A stretch of 63,676 nt of DNA, the filler included, from Octopus bimaculoides (lineage: Eukaryota): NCBI RefSeq assembly GCF_001194135.2. It is 7 parts of 7 records of this genome, joined end to end, with 100 filler letters (N's around TTAATTAATTAA, not from the genome) between each part and the next. Parts side by side here need not be neighbours in the genome. Positions count along the whole stretch, not along the records: positions 24,276 to 31,980 come from NC_068983.1; positions 32,081 to 44,492 come from NW_026421926.1; 5 more parts are not named here. One strand, given 5' to 3'. The notes under the pieces were generated by a model. The model saw only the letters and a program-made list of their open reading frames with translations. It did no database searches and had not been told where the DNA came from. The first letter of the stretch is position 1, and the number at the start of each line of letters is the position of its first letter. Made by a program: the position numbers and the translations under genes. Shown here in pieces: positions 26,750 to 39,770 of this stretch.

Positions 26750-27810
26750 GAAGAGAGAACGGGAGTCAGATGAAGAAAGGAGGGGGTTTAAGCCCATGTG
26801 GGGCCAAATAGCGAAGAAAGAAGACTAATTCCTGTTCACGGTGAAGGCGGGAGTCCGGATGGCCCCTGTGTAAAGACCCTCCGAATACAGACAGATGCTG
26901 GAGTGAATGAACGGTAGAGCGGAAGTGGCGCGAGACTGGGGTGTCTCGGAGGTGCTCTATTAACTGGTCAGTTAAGCGGCGTCCCGTCTGACCGATGTAC
27001 AGGGAAGGGCAGGAAAGAGCAGGAGATGCAGTAAATTACGTTATTAGAAGTGTAGGTAAGGAGTCTGTGATGGTGGTGTTGGAGAGGTTGGGAAAAGTAA
27101 GGCAGCGTGGGCGGAGGCAGAGGAACGGGCCAGCATGAGAGGTGAGATTAGGGAAGAGATTGTGGACCAGGAGGTAATGCAGGTTATGGGCTCGTTTGAA
27201 GAAGGGAAAGAGTAGGTGGGGTAGATTGCAAGGTGGAGGGGTCGGACTGGAGTCGCCGGACAGCTCGAAGAATTGTGCGTTGGAGGGGCAGTGTGGAGGG
27301 GTCGTAGGTGAGCGGAAACGGGAGGGAGAAAGAGCAGAGCAACGGTCCACGGACGTGCCCTGGTAACGGCAGTGTGGATAGTGGTGAGGGGACATCCACG
27401 AAGGACGAAGTGGCGAGACATGAGTTGAGACTGAGTCTCAGTGTCATGGTTGTCACTGCAGAGCCTGCGCAGACGGAGGAATAGTGAGTAGGGTATGGAG
27501 AGCTTGGTGTGGGTAGGATGAGAGAAGGAGAAATTAAGGTAGGAGTGTGAGTCGATGTGTTTGTAGTGGATAGAAATAATGAGAACAGAGTTCTGCATAT
27601 TGGCAGAAATGTCGAGAAATTCGATGGAGTAGTTAGAAATAGTGCAGGAGAATTCAAGGGCAGGATGGAAAGATTGGACAAAAGAAAAGAAGGAGTCTAG
27701 TTGTTCGCGGGAGAGTGAGGGAGGGGGACCAGTGAATCGTGAGAATACTTTGGCCTCAACGTAGCCAACGAACGATTTCGCGTAGTCGGGGCCCATACCC
27801 GTTCGGCTAC
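26750..27810 (-). mobile_element. Penelope-like element, 5'-truncated: RT C-terminus + GIY-YIG endonuclease, frameshifted
   Basis: ORF 27044..27847 (MGPDYA..FHPALEFS..IEFLDI..HSYLNFSFSHP..SIPYSLFLRLRRLCSD); downstream frame has LYIGQTGRRLTDQLIEHLRD and REQELVFFLRYLAPHGL. Confidence 0.88.
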
Positions 27811-28149
27811 ATATATATATATTTTCAAAACCCGAAGTTTTTTCCATTATTTTTTCAATATTCCGTGATCAAATACTTGAACACATTCTAAAATCAATAT
27901 CACTACACACCGAGTTAAAGTGGTAACCTCGGTATAATCTTTGGATCTTTCGGAAAAGCAGTGAAACGTCCCTCTAATTAAGTCTCAATATCTATTATGC
28001 ATAAAACTACATTTTACAATATCTGTAAATTTTAATCCCATTTTCAAATAAAGAATGTAAAACGTCTCTTATCAAAGGAATATTCATTTAGACCTTCAGA
28101 GTTTCTTAATCCTTGGTCGGGCAGAAGAATATTTGTTTCAAACGTTGGC

Positions 28150-28470
28150 ACAAGGATTGTTCGTTCAAAGCGATGGAAAAGTCGACTGCATCAACCTCGG
28201 CACTTGAATGGTACCGTATTATATCGCACCCGAACGATCGAAAGGCAAAGTTTCAGAATGTAAAAAGTCCATCAGTAATTTTCTCGGCCTATTAACGATT
28301 CTAGAACACCGCCATACGTGTTTCATGTTTTGGCACAAAGACACCAATTTTGAAGAGAGAAGTTAAACGATTATATCGAGATCATTACTCGACTGGTACT
28401 GCATTATCCCAAACCCGGAATCCCCCTCCAAAAACACAAATCGGCGTGATTTCAACTCAGAACGTGAAGG
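28150..28470 (-). mobile_element. Diverged SINE family 3 remnants
   Basis: GAAAGGCAAAGTTT..CAGAATGTAA and GATTTCAACTCAGAACGTGAA motifs. Confidence 0.5.
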
Positions 28471-28486
28471 TTTTCTAGAAATTCCT

Positions 28487-28852
28487 AGGAGTGGCTGTGT
28501 GGTAAGTAGCTTGCTTACGAACCACATGGTTCCGGGTTGAGTCCCACTGCGTGGCACCTTGGGCAAGTGTCTTTGTGAATGAATTTGGTAGACGGAAACT
28601 GAAAGAAGCCCGTCATATATATGTATATATATATATNNNNNNNNNNTGTCTGTGTTTGTCCCCCCAATATCGCTTGACAACCGATGCTGGTGTGTTTACG
28701 TCCCTGTAACTTAGCGGTTCGGCAAAAGAGACCGATAGAATAAGTGCTAGGCTTACAAAGAATAAGACCCGGTGTCGATTTGCTCGACTAAAGGCGGTGC
28801 TCCAGCACGGCCACAGTCAAATGACTGAAACAAGTAAATGAGTAAAAGAGTA
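28487..28852 (+). mobile_element. SINE family 1, young near-consensus copy with internal deletion
   Basis: AGGAGTGGCTGTGTGGTAAGTAGC..GGTTCCGGGTTGAGTCCC (tRNA A/B boxes)..GACTGAAACAAGTAAA..TAAAAGAGTAAA tail. Confidence 0.9.
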
Positions 28853-29986
28853 AACAAATTGTCTACGCCTTATTGATTTGAAAGGTCATCAGTTTTGAGG
28901 GAGCATGTTAGTTGAATCCATCGATTACAATACTTGACATTATTTTATGTTGTACTTTTTTATCTAGACCTCGAAAGAATATGCTAGTTGATATCAGCGG
29001 TAATTTGAACTGTGAATGTAAAGAATCGGAATAAATGCCGACATGCTAACTATTCTGGAAGCTCCCTACCTACAGCTAGAAAAATAGTTACAACTTGACT
29101 ACCCTCTTCTTAAGATATATGTCATTGTGCCAAATACAGAGATTATTACTATTAGTGCTGTAACTGTCACGTCAGTGAAATATCTGTTATTGTGGCTGTG
29201 AGTGTATTTTAAATATCTTCCGTGTATCTTTTTCTTAGCAATAATGTATGATAAATTTTGTTAGCACTTTTTCTTTAACTATTATGCGGCTTCGTTGCTA
29301 CATATTTAATTTTCTTTCTGGAATATCATTTCTTTTGCAAGAAGCCATTACAAGTTAGAGTTGCCAAACCTCTTTAAAAATGTTCCTACCTATGTAATAA
29401 AACAAAGAAAGATAGTGTTCATTGAGATGGTTTCAGGGACGAGTTAGAGACCTTATAAGATTGAGATAAGGAGCTTTCAACACAAAATTCATATTCCATC
29501 AACGTTGCTTCGCTTTACATACAGGATTAGTTGAGAAAACAGAATTTGTGGCTCTGACATAGAAGTAGTCGTTAGGGAGAAACGTACAGTACAAATCAAG
29601 CGAAAAATACATAAGTGTATTAAACTACATCCGCTTACGTTCTGAGTTTCAATCCTGCTGGGAATATATATTGCATTTTGTTCCAGATTCGACGAAACTA
29701 AGCTAGTCATGTCAAGGAGTAGTTATAGTTATACCAGATTTCATGTCATTCAGCCTGATTCATATATCATTATAATATATGCGAGTAAATAGAGAATTAA
29801 AAGTTAACTAACTAAAGAAAGCCCATGAGATTTATAGCAGAAATTACGTGAATCATCAAAATCCAGTATCGACTCGAGGAACCGTATAAATTTATGGTAA
29901 TATATACTTCAGAAGTTATTAGAAATGCAGCATAGTTACAACCTGTTTTTCATATGCACACACATACACATGTAAAAGCAAACGTA

Positions 29987-30215
29987 AGTGCGTGGCCTAG
30001 CAGTTAGGGCGATACACTCACGATCGCAACATCGTAGTTTCGATTCCCGGATCGCACAGATCCTTGTGTTCTTCAAGAGAACACTGCATTTATCAGCATT
30101 ACGTCAGTTTACTCAGGTGAGAATGATTAAGCTGACGCAGCTCAGGAGAAAATGTTGTGATGTAAGTCAGTTATACGACATGAAAACCGGGTAACCCATC
30201 CCATGAGCCGTAGGG
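29987..30215 (+). mobile_element. SINE family 2
   Basis: GCGTGGCCTAGCAGTTAGG..AGTTTCGATTCCCGG..TTCAAGAGAACACT. Confidence 0.6.
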
Positions 30216-30429
30216 TCACGAGTACATACACACAGGCACACATACACATATATATGCACATCTACTTGCGCCGGCGCACACCCATTTACATCCATACGTA
30301 TGTACATATATATACATACATACATCCATACGTATGTACATACATACGTGTTCCAAACGTTATCTGCTCATGAGGCATGATGCAGTGGCCAGAACGGTCT
30401 GGAACGAGATAACAAAATACAAAACACTT

Positions 30430-30830
30430 ACCGATGAAGTTGACTATATGGAGACCGATGAGTCAAAAAAATATTGGGGGAAACCTAAAGTTTGAAAGAG
30501 ACATTAAGTTAATACCCCTCTGGTCAGGTATTGTTATATGGGACCGCAAGGGAATGATGTTCTCTTGTGAAAATCAGCTGCGCTCTGGACTCCAATGTGG
30601 TTCGAAAAATACTAAAGAAAGAAGACACTTATGGATCAGTAATAAGCATTTTGAAAATACAGAACCAAAGATATACTTTTAGCTTCATACTTATTATTAC
30701 TGGAGCGACTGGACACATGCCAACCCGTCAGGGGCAAAGTATTGCTGAACATGGGATCTTGGGAAACGAACGCAAATCATTTCTCCATACTATAAAAATG
30801 ATCAAGATATCTGCGACTATATAAATCCTC
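30430..30830 (+). mobile_element. R4/Dong-like LINE restriction-like endonuclease fragment
   Basis: ORFs 30434..30682 and 30567..30824 (SGIVIWD..VKISCALDSNV..K.DTYG..FILIITGATG) resemble the PD..(E)..K RLE region. Confidence 0.55.
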
Positions 30831-32205
30831 AAGAAATGTTTTAAGATTTAAAACATAATGAGCTTACCTTCAAAACCTTAATATCAACTAGTTGGCCGAT
30901 CAAAATTTACTCTAAATTAAAAAGCAAAAGAGAATACACATACATACATACATATATACATACATACATGCATGCATGCTTATATGCATACATACTAGAG
31001 GAATGTTCCAGTGAAAAGATGAAAAGGTGAAAAAATGCAAACATAATAGACCAGATGCAGAGATTTTGGACGGGGAAGAGAAACCAAGCTCAGTGTGGAC
31101 AAAGAGCTGGTTTGTAACCTAGTTTCTTCCCTAGAAGAAGAATTCAAACAACTAGAAAAAGACGAGAATGTACATATAGTTGTGTGTGTTTGTATGCATA
31201 CATATGAGTCACTCTTGTTTTTATTATACAAATCTGTATCTTCGATCCTAAATGCTGCATCTCTATTCAAATTATCCCGAACTATTATATAAATATTTTC
31301 GATGATAAAAGAGTTATGCATATGCTACGTGTTTGTTTGTGCATGGGTCTACATATATTTTGTTTCCACACACACGCGTATATATATATATATATGAATA
31401 TATATGAAGTAATAATGTTTTATGCAGAACATGGCATTACATCAGAAAATCTGAAGTATTGTCCAGATAAAGCTACATTTGTACTAAAGTTCTCTATGAA
31501 AATATAAATACTATGAAAAATATGTACTTATGATCTCTGCATCTACAGAGAAAAAATAATTGTCTTTATTGCAAAAGAGAACCCAATTATTATTTTCTCT
31601 CCACAAAGGGAACATTCAAATTTATCTCCACCATTTGCATTTCCAAAGCGCGGTTGAACAGAGAACTGGTTATACTCGTACATCTTCATTTAGACGATCG
31701 AAATCTCTTCACAAACATGCTGTTGTGTAAATTTACACACATATATGAGTGGGGTGCAGAGTTCCTGGTTTTATGGGTATCACGACAGGCCCGGATGGAG
31801 CCATCCGAGTATTCATAATAAACTGATTCTCTTGTATTTGCTTTTACTCAATGCCAGAAAATTGTCTACACCCCAATCCGCATACATTCGTAATACATAC
31901 AAATATGTAGATGTAAATGTCTATATATATATATTCTGGCTTTTTTACATTTTCCTATATATATATATATATATATATATNNNNNNNNNNNNNNNNNNNN
32001 NNNNNNNNNNNNNNNNNNNNNNNNTTAATTAATTAANNNNNNNNNNNNNNNNNNNNNNNNNNNNNNNNNNNNNNNNNNNNCAGAAACAATAAAACACATC
32101 TTTAGAAAGACGGTTGGAGGAGTTAAAAAAATAGAGATGGGAGATATTACAGATTTAGAAATATATAGTTTATGAAATACTATAAAGAAGACTAATCTAA
32201 CTTAC

Positions 32206-32277
32206 AGTCTTGTTAACTTGGACAAACTTTGGAAGTCTGCTGGTTTGACTACTTTGATATTATTACCATACAAATTC
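32206..32277 (-). CDS. LRR exon, 72 nt, phase 2-2: xNLYGNNIKVVKPADFQSLSKLTRL
   Basis: Acceptor ttttatgttccag|G and donor CT|gtaagt; open LRR frame. Confidence 0.88.
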
Positions 32278-32925
32278 CTGGAACATAAAATTGAGTTAAG
32301 ACTAAATTTCATGTTACAAATGTGTGACACAATATAGTAAATTATGACCAAACAATTGGATTATGGACAATAGGAAAAGTAGATTACGATCATGATGAAA
32401 CTGATGATGGTGATAACATTAGGGGGTAGTAGTGAAGAATACAATAATGAAACAGGGAGGAAAAAAGACGAAAAGGAAGACAACGATTAAGATTATGATG
32501 GTGGCGAAGAAATAGTAGTGCAAAAGTGATAAGAAATATCGCGAAAATAAAGTNNNNNNNNNNGAAGAAAATCACTGTATGGATAATATACATCGAAATG
32601 GACAACTACAAGCGATATTCAAGGATTTTAATTGGCGTCGATCTAGAGTTAATCACTGTACATAATAAACACATCACATTACACAGATATGGGAATGCAC
32701 TCCTTCACACATAGAGGTGTATACATGCATGTGCTGAAAAGTTTCTCCTCAAGTCACACACTCTCATATAATGCACACCTCATAAATGGGGCTTCGCACC
32801 CTTTCACAGACATTCACAAGCAACAAAAGACTGGGAAAGAAACATATAATTATGTAAGGGAAGATATTACAGATATGGGAATATATCAAAGATATAAGCT
32901 ATAAACGGAGACTGATACAACTTAC

Positions 32926-32940
32926 AGAGAACCCAAATCT
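32926..32940 (-). CDS. 15-nt internally deleted LRR micro-exon (xDLGSL), splice sites intact
   Basis: ttttatattccag|AGATTTGGGTTCTCT|gtaagt inside an otherwise complete cassette; 57 nt are missing relative to paralogues and phase is preserved. Confidence 0.45.
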
Positions 32941-33329
32941 CTGGAATATAAAATTGAGTTTAGATCAACTTTTATGGAACACGTTTGTGCCAGTAAATAA
33001 CATATTTCGAGTAAGGAATTATACGATGGAAGGCGTAAATGTTAGTTTACGGTTCTGTTAAAGTTGCTGATGATGATGATGGTGATATGTTTGGGGTCGA
33101 GTAGTGAATATGATGATGAAGCAGAGAAGAAAATATGGTGAAAGTTTTGATGACGTTGATATTATGTTGCTGAAAAGGTAAGGTTGTTGTTAATGGGGTT
33201 TTGCAGGTAATGATGGTTATGACAATGTCTCTGGTGATGCAGAATAGGATGCTGATGTTGATGATGATGCGGATACTAATGTTTATCCTGGTGAGAATAA
33301 TGATGATGACTATGATGATGATGATGATT

Positions 33330-33368
<39 letters not shown>

Positions 33369-34926
33369 TTGATGATGTTGAAATTTTTGCAGCTCACTGA
33401 GGTAGATTATAGTAGTAAATGACGTTGATGATAAAGAGAACTAATTGCGGTAGTCTGTGGTAACGTATGAAGTTGATGTAAAGTTGATGAATTTGGCAAT
33501 GTTGACGGCTGAGATAAAGAACATTGTTGGCTGGATTTATGACATTATGGATGACGAGGATAAAGAGGTTGATAATAATGATGACGGACAAGAAAACAAA
33601 GACGATGGAGAGAAAATACCATGACAAAGAAGATACTGTAGATGAAGAATGCAAATAAGAGTGTGTGAATTTGAGAAAAAAACAAACGATGATAAAGAAG
33701 AAAAAGAACAAGAAAATGAAGTAAAAGAAGTAGAAGAGGTGGAAGAAAGGGAAGGAGAATGAGAAGGGGAAGAAATAGAACGACAACAATAAAAAGAACA
33801 ATGTGTGGAAGAAGAAGAGGAAGAAAAATAAGAAGGAGAAAGAGGAGAAGAAAAAGAAGAACATGAAGAGTCTCTGTATGAGTGACCTAATTCTAAATGT
33901 GCAACTGTAATGGGTATTGAAGCATGTTATTTAGCATCGATTTAAAGGCAAACACGCGACATAATATACACACAGATATGCACATACACAGTCATACATT
34001 ACCGGACATTCATCCATACACAACGATCATGGACATCATGAAGATTAGTTTGCGGANNNNNNNNNNNNNNNNNNNNNNNNNNNNNNNNNNNNNNNNNNNN
34101 NNNNNNNNNNNNNNNNNNNNNNNNNNNNNNNNNNNNNNNNNNNNNNNNNNNNNNNNNNNNNNNNNNNNNNNNNNNNNNNNNNNNNNNNNNNNNNNNNNNN
34201 NNNNNNNNNNNNNNNNNNNNNNNNNNNNNNNNNNNNNNNNNNNNNNNNNNNNNNNNNNNNNNNNNNNNNNNNNNNNNNNNNNNNNNNNNNNNNNNNNNNN
34301 NNNNNNNNNNNNNNNNNNNNNNNNNNNNNNNNNNNNNNNNNNNNNNNNNNNNNNNNNNNNNNNNNNNNNNGTGTCACAGAGCGTATTACATACATATGTT
34401 GGCACAATCGCATACACATATTCATACTTATATATATAAACACATGTATACACTAAATTTTTTCCCTCATTTGTCTCACACTCATGAATCCAAATTCTCA
34501 GAAGTGGCCCCTTATATTCTCAGACATTCATAAAAAATAACACACAGTTTGGACTGAAATTCCTGGAACATAAAATGTTGGGACTTGGAACTTTTATGGA
34601 AGAGATATTTTGACAGGATATGAAATATTGTGAATAGAATAAGGAATTAGACGATGGAAGACATNNNNNNNNNNGTTAATGATGGACGTAATGAGGAATA
34701 AGGTAAGATGGGAACTTGCATGTTTAAGGGGTTGCTGAATATGACGTAAATGATGATGGTGATGTTGGTAGTGATGTTACTGATGTCGATAATGCTGATG
34801 ATGTAGAAGAGTGTGCATAGGATCGCACTAGTCTATGGTAAAAGAATGAAGCTGTTGATGAAGTGTACGATGATGAACGGCTGAGAAAAAGAAGACTGTT
34901 GACGAGATTTATGAAGATGATCATCG

Positions 34927-35222
34927 TGTCACAGAGCGTATTACATACATATGTTGGCACAATCGCATACACATATTCATACTTATATATATAAACACAT
35001 GTATACACTAAATTTTTTCCCTCATTTGTCTCACACTCATGAATCCAAATTCTCAGAAGTGGCCCCTTATATTCTCAGACATTCATAAAAAATAACACAC
35101 AGTTTGGACTGAAATTCCTGGAACATAAAATGTTGGGACTTGGAACTTTTATGGAAGAGATATTTTGACAGGATATGAAATATTGTGAATAGAATAAGGA
35201 ATTAGACGATGGAAGACATGAA
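34927..35222 (-). pseudogene. Degenerate LRR cassette remnant (acceptor side only)
   Basis: Retains ACTGAAATTC|CTGGAACATAAAA..TTTTATGGAA, but the exon body and donor are missing. An identical copy at about 34371..34665 is flanked by gaps and is likely an assembly duplicate. Confidence 0.55.
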
Positions 35223-35876
35223 GATTAGAATATGGCTCTGCTGAAGTTAATGGAGATGATGTTGACAAATTAGGGTGAATTGCTTAGTGAATACTATGAT
35301 GACGAGTGACAGGATAAGAGAATATGATGAATGTCTTGATATTATGATGCTGGTAATAGTGCTGATGATATTAATGTTGAATATTCCGGTAATGGTTGGG
35401 ATTAGCATGTCTGCGGTGTTGCTGAATATGATGCTGAGGATGACGATGATGTCGGTAGTGATGGTTATGTTATAAATGATGATGCTGATGATGTAGAAGC
35501 TTGTTCATCTGATAACGGTACGCCATAATGATGAATGAAATTGACGATCAAGAGCAAGATAAAGAACTTGACGATGTTGACGGTTGAGGAAAAGAAGAGT
35601 GCTGATGAGAATGATGACGAGGTGATGTTGACTAGGACGAAATCGTTGATAATGATGATGCTGGCATGGAAGAAGAAGAAGAGGAAGAAGGTGAAGAGAT
35701 TGACGAGAATTATTAACATACTAATAAAACCTATAAAGAAGAGGAGTAAGACAACGAGGATGTGAAAATAATGAAAGATGATAAAGACGAGGAAGAAGAA
35801 AAGGACCAACAAAAAATATGAAGAAGAAGAAGAAGAAGGAGGAGGAGGAGAAGGAGAAGGAGAAGACGTAGAAGAA

Positions 35877-35941
<65 letters not shown>

Positions 35942-36606
35942 TTTGCATCAAACCTAGAATCCATCACTGCACACATACTCTCACAAACACGCACTCACTC
36001 ACTGACAGACACGCACGCAGTGAGTCGAGTATGTATGTAATTATGCACCCACTTAGGCAATGATCATTTCTGCCTAATGTGGTGAACATTCGTTGAACCG
36101 TTTTCTAGATTTCCAAATACACAGATACTCAAACAAAGAAGATTGATTATAATATCCTGATTTCGCAGAGTAATTAAATAACAACTACAATATAACAGCA
36201 ACAACAACGAGTAAATAATGTTTCAAAATTAATGCATGAATAACCCAGTGCTAAATCTAGAAATAGAAGGGGTATTCAGGTATGTCATGTAGCCTCAATA
36301 GAGAAGTAAACACCGTTGAGGCTATACATACCGCATTACAAACACTTGTTCATACACAGGCATACACACATCTATACACACACAGTCATAAACATGCATG
36401 CACTAAATGTTTAACCTCAAGCATCACACTCTCATATATACCAAATCTCAGAAGTAAACCCTCACTCACATTCACAGTTCCAGAAACAATAAAACACATT
36501 TTTAGAAAGAGGTATGTGGGAGATGAAAAATAAAGATGGGGAGATATTACAGATTGGGAAATATATGGAAAGTGAGTTAGTATAAAAGAAGACTAATCCA
36601 ACTTAA

Positions 36607-36678
36607 AAAGTGATTAAACTGGAGAGATTCTGGAGTGTTTTTGCTTTGATATACTTGATAATATTCGCACGCAAATTC
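36607..36678 (-). pseudogene. LRR exon copy with non-canonical donor (TT): xNLRANIIKYIKAKTLQNLSSLITF
   Basis: Acceptor ttattttccag|G is intact, frame is open, donor reads ttaagt. Paralogue of 42307..42378 (6 nt differences); the conserved LRR F is changed to L. Confidence 0.75.
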
Positions 36679-37227
36679 CTGGAAAATAACGTGAGTTATG
36701 AAGAAATGTTATGGAAAGAATTCGTGAAGCATTATAAAATATAATGATTAAACAAACAAATGATGGAAGATATGCAAAATAGATTACGATAATGATGACG
36801 GTTATGACGATGGTGATAACATTAAGGGATAGTAGTGATAAATATAATCATAAGACAGACTAGAAAAAAGAAGACAACAAAGACAAAGATTATGATTATG
36901 ATGGTGTCGAAGAAAAAGTAGGCAAAGATAATAAGAAATATGGGAAAAATTAAGCAATTAGTGATGAAACGCATGAGGAAGTATAAGGAGATGTGGAGAA
37001 GTTGAAGAGGAGGAAATACGAAAAGAAAGAAGAAGAAAAAGAAGAAAAAGAAGTAGAGGAAGTGGAAAAAAAGCAGCAACAACAGCAAAACAGATGAAAA
37101 ATACATCGCTGCAGGGATAGATACCATCCGGGCTGCTAAATTTTACGCTGCATGTAACCATGTTTGAATATAAATATTTATAATTATCAAAAATACGTTC
37201 CAAATTTACCAAGAAGAAGAAGTAAAC

Positions 37228-37280
<53 letters not shown>

Positions 37281-37282
<2 letters not shown>

Positions 37283-37577
37283 GAAAGAGTACTATAGACG
37301 AGTTAGATCAATACTAAAAACAGAGCTCAATGCTAAAAACAAGATAATAGTTATTAACACATTAGCTGTCCCAGTTATAAGTTACAGCTACAATATCCTT
37401 AACTGGACACTAAACGAACTATCTAAAATAGACAGGAAAACAAGAAAAGTAATGACAGGATATAGGATGCACCACCCAAAATCTGACATAGAAAGGCTAT
37501 ATATACAACGCACAGAAGGTGGCAGGGGTCTTATACAGCTGGAAAACTATTATAAAATAACCACCATAGGACTGTAA
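37281..37577 (+). mobile_element. 5'-truncated R4/Dong-like LINE (RT C-terminal region) inside the LRR array
   Basis: KEYYRRVRSILKTELNAKNKI..INTLAVPVISYS..WT..EL.KIDRKTRK.MT..RMHHPKSDIERLYI.R.EGGRGL, starting immediately after an (AAT)n tract. Confidence 0.85.
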
Positions 37578-37926
37578 NNNNNNNNNNNNNNNNNNNNNNN
37601 NNNNNNNNNNNNNNNNNNNNNNNNNNNNNNNNNNNNNNNNNNNNNNNNNNNNNNNNNNNNNNNNNNNNNNNNNNNNNNNNNNNNNNNNNNNNNNNNNNNN
37701 NNNNNNNNNNNNNNNNNNNNNNNNNNNNNNNNNNNNNNNNNNNNNNNNNNNNNNNNNNNNNNNNNNNNNNNNNNNNNNNNNNNNNNNNNNNNNNNNNNNN
37801 NNNNNNNNNNNNNNNNNNNNNNNNNNNNNNNNNNNNNNNNNNNNNNNNNNNNNNNNNNNNNNNNNNTACTACCTAACAAATACGAAGAAGAAGAAGAAGA
37901 AGAAGAAGAAGAAGAAGAAGAAGAAG

Positions 37927-37957
<31 letters not shown>

Positions 37958-38365
37958 TGGCAACTACTAAAAATGCAACAACAGAAACAATAAAAACAAG
38001 GTTTCAAAATTAGTGTATCACTAATCCATTCAAAGTCTACATCTAGAAGTGTTAGTCAAGGGTGTTATTTAGTGTTTATGCATAGACAAGTGTCATAGAG
38101 GATATACATACCGTATTACACACACGTTATACTATATTGTGATATACACATGCATACACAAAGTCACGCGCATCCATGCACTTATATATGAAATAGCCCT
38201 TATATATTAAATATAGCGACACTCACATTCATACACATTCAGAAACCATAAAATACATCTTTAGAAACGCGAGTGTGGCAGCGTAAAATGAACAATGCGA
38301 AGATATTACATATTTAGAATTATATCGTCAATGAAATACTATAACAGAAGACCGATTTAACTTAC

Positions 38366-38437
38366 AGACTTGTTAAACTGGACAAATATTGGAAGGCTCC
38401 TTCTGTGATATTTTTGATATTGTTTTTCTGCAAATCC
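38366..38437 (-). CDS. LRR exon, 72 nt, phase 2-2: xDLQKNNIKNITEGAFQYLSSLTSL
   Basis: Acceptor ttttatgtttccag|G and donor CT|gtaagt; open LRR frame. Confidence 0.88.
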
Positions 38438-39698
38438 CTGGAAACATAAAATTCAGTTAAATACATTTATGGAACAGATTTCTGACAGAATATTAAGTAG
38501 TATGAGTAAATAATTAGATGATGGATGAGATGAAAAGTGGATTACAACTATGATTATGTTGATGATGATGATAGTGTTAACGTTAGGTGGCGAGTATTGA
38601 CGAATATAACCAAGAAACAAATGAGAGGAATATATGGTGGTCGTGTTAATGACGAAAATGTTATTGGTGCTAATGTTGGGGTTGATGTTGTTNNNNNNNN
38701 NNTAGTGTTAACGTTAGGTGGCGAGTAGTGACGAATATAACCAAGAAACAAATGAGAGGAATATATGGTGGTTGTGTTAATGACGAAAATGTTATTGGTG
38801 CTAATGTTGGGGTTGATGTTGTTAATGTTGATTATTCTGATAATGATGGGGATTTGCATGTTTATAGTGATGATGAACATGATATTGATGTTGATGATGT
38901 TGGTAGTGAAATGTTTGCTTTCGATACTGATGATGATGGTGATGAAGTTTGTGGATCTGATCGCGGTAGAAGAAAATGAAAATGAAGAAAAGGAAGAAGA
39001 TGAGGTAGAAAAAGAAGGTGAAAAAGAAGGCGAAGAAGAAACAAATGATGATAATGAGTATGATGATGAAGACAAAGTGGAAGGAGGAGGAGGAGGAGAC
39101 GAAAAAAGAAGCAGAAGACGAAGAAGAAGAAAATAAGAATAAAAAGGAAGAGAAGAAGTAGAGGAGAAGTATAAAGAAGTACAGGAAGGAGTTGTAATAG
39201 AAAAAGTGAAAGCAGAATTTAGAAAAGAAGGAGAAGACGAAGAAAGAGAAGACAAAGAAGAAGAAGAAAGAAAAGAAGAAGTAAAAGAAGAAAAAAAGAA
39301 GAAAACTAAAAAGAACAACAACATCAAAACGAAGAAAAAGAAGAATTAGTATATGAATAATCTACTTCTAAATATACAATTACAAGTGATATTCAAGGAT
39401 GGGAATTAGCATCGATCTAGAGGTAACCACCGTACATAATATGCACATCATATTACAATCGTATGTGAATGCACTTCTTCATATACAGGCAAATAGTAAT
39501 ATTTACTCAAATGTTTCCTCTCAAGTCTCACACTTTCCTTTATGCCATATCTTATACATGGGGCTTCACACTCTTTAACAGACATTTACAAATAATGACA
39601 GACAAGTAGAGGGTCTTATGATCAAGAAAGGGAAGATATTACAAATATGGAAATATATCGACAAAGATATAATATAAACGAAGAATGATTATACTTAC

Positions 39699-39770
39699 AG
39701 AGTTGTTAAGCTGGACAAATATTGGAAGGTTTCTGCTTTGATTTCATCGAGACCATTATTACTCAAATCC
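39699..39770 (-). CDS. LRR exon, 72 nt, phase 2-2: xDLSNNGLDEIKAETFQYLSSLTTL
   Basis: Acceptor ttttatgttctag|G and donor CT|gtaagt; open LRR frame. Confidence 0.88.

Noticed and set aside
29639-29697. SNLEQNAI peptide with a GTAAG donor, possible extra LRR exon
   Set aside because: Not 72 nt, no LRR spacing, and the donor is part of a SINE-derived AACTCAGAACGTAA motif.
31095-31292. ORF DKELVCNLVSSLEEEFKQLE...SRTII, loosely TIR-like
   Set aside because: No box-1/box-2 TIR motifs, upstream in-frame stop, opposite strand to the LRR exons; could equally be a hAT remnant.
34371-34665. Exact ~295-bp direct repeat of 34927-35222
   Set aside because: Flanked by gaps and identical; most likely an assembly duplicate. 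The same applies to 38574/38704, 52681/52743, 55306/55347, 56232/56291 and 57226/57265.
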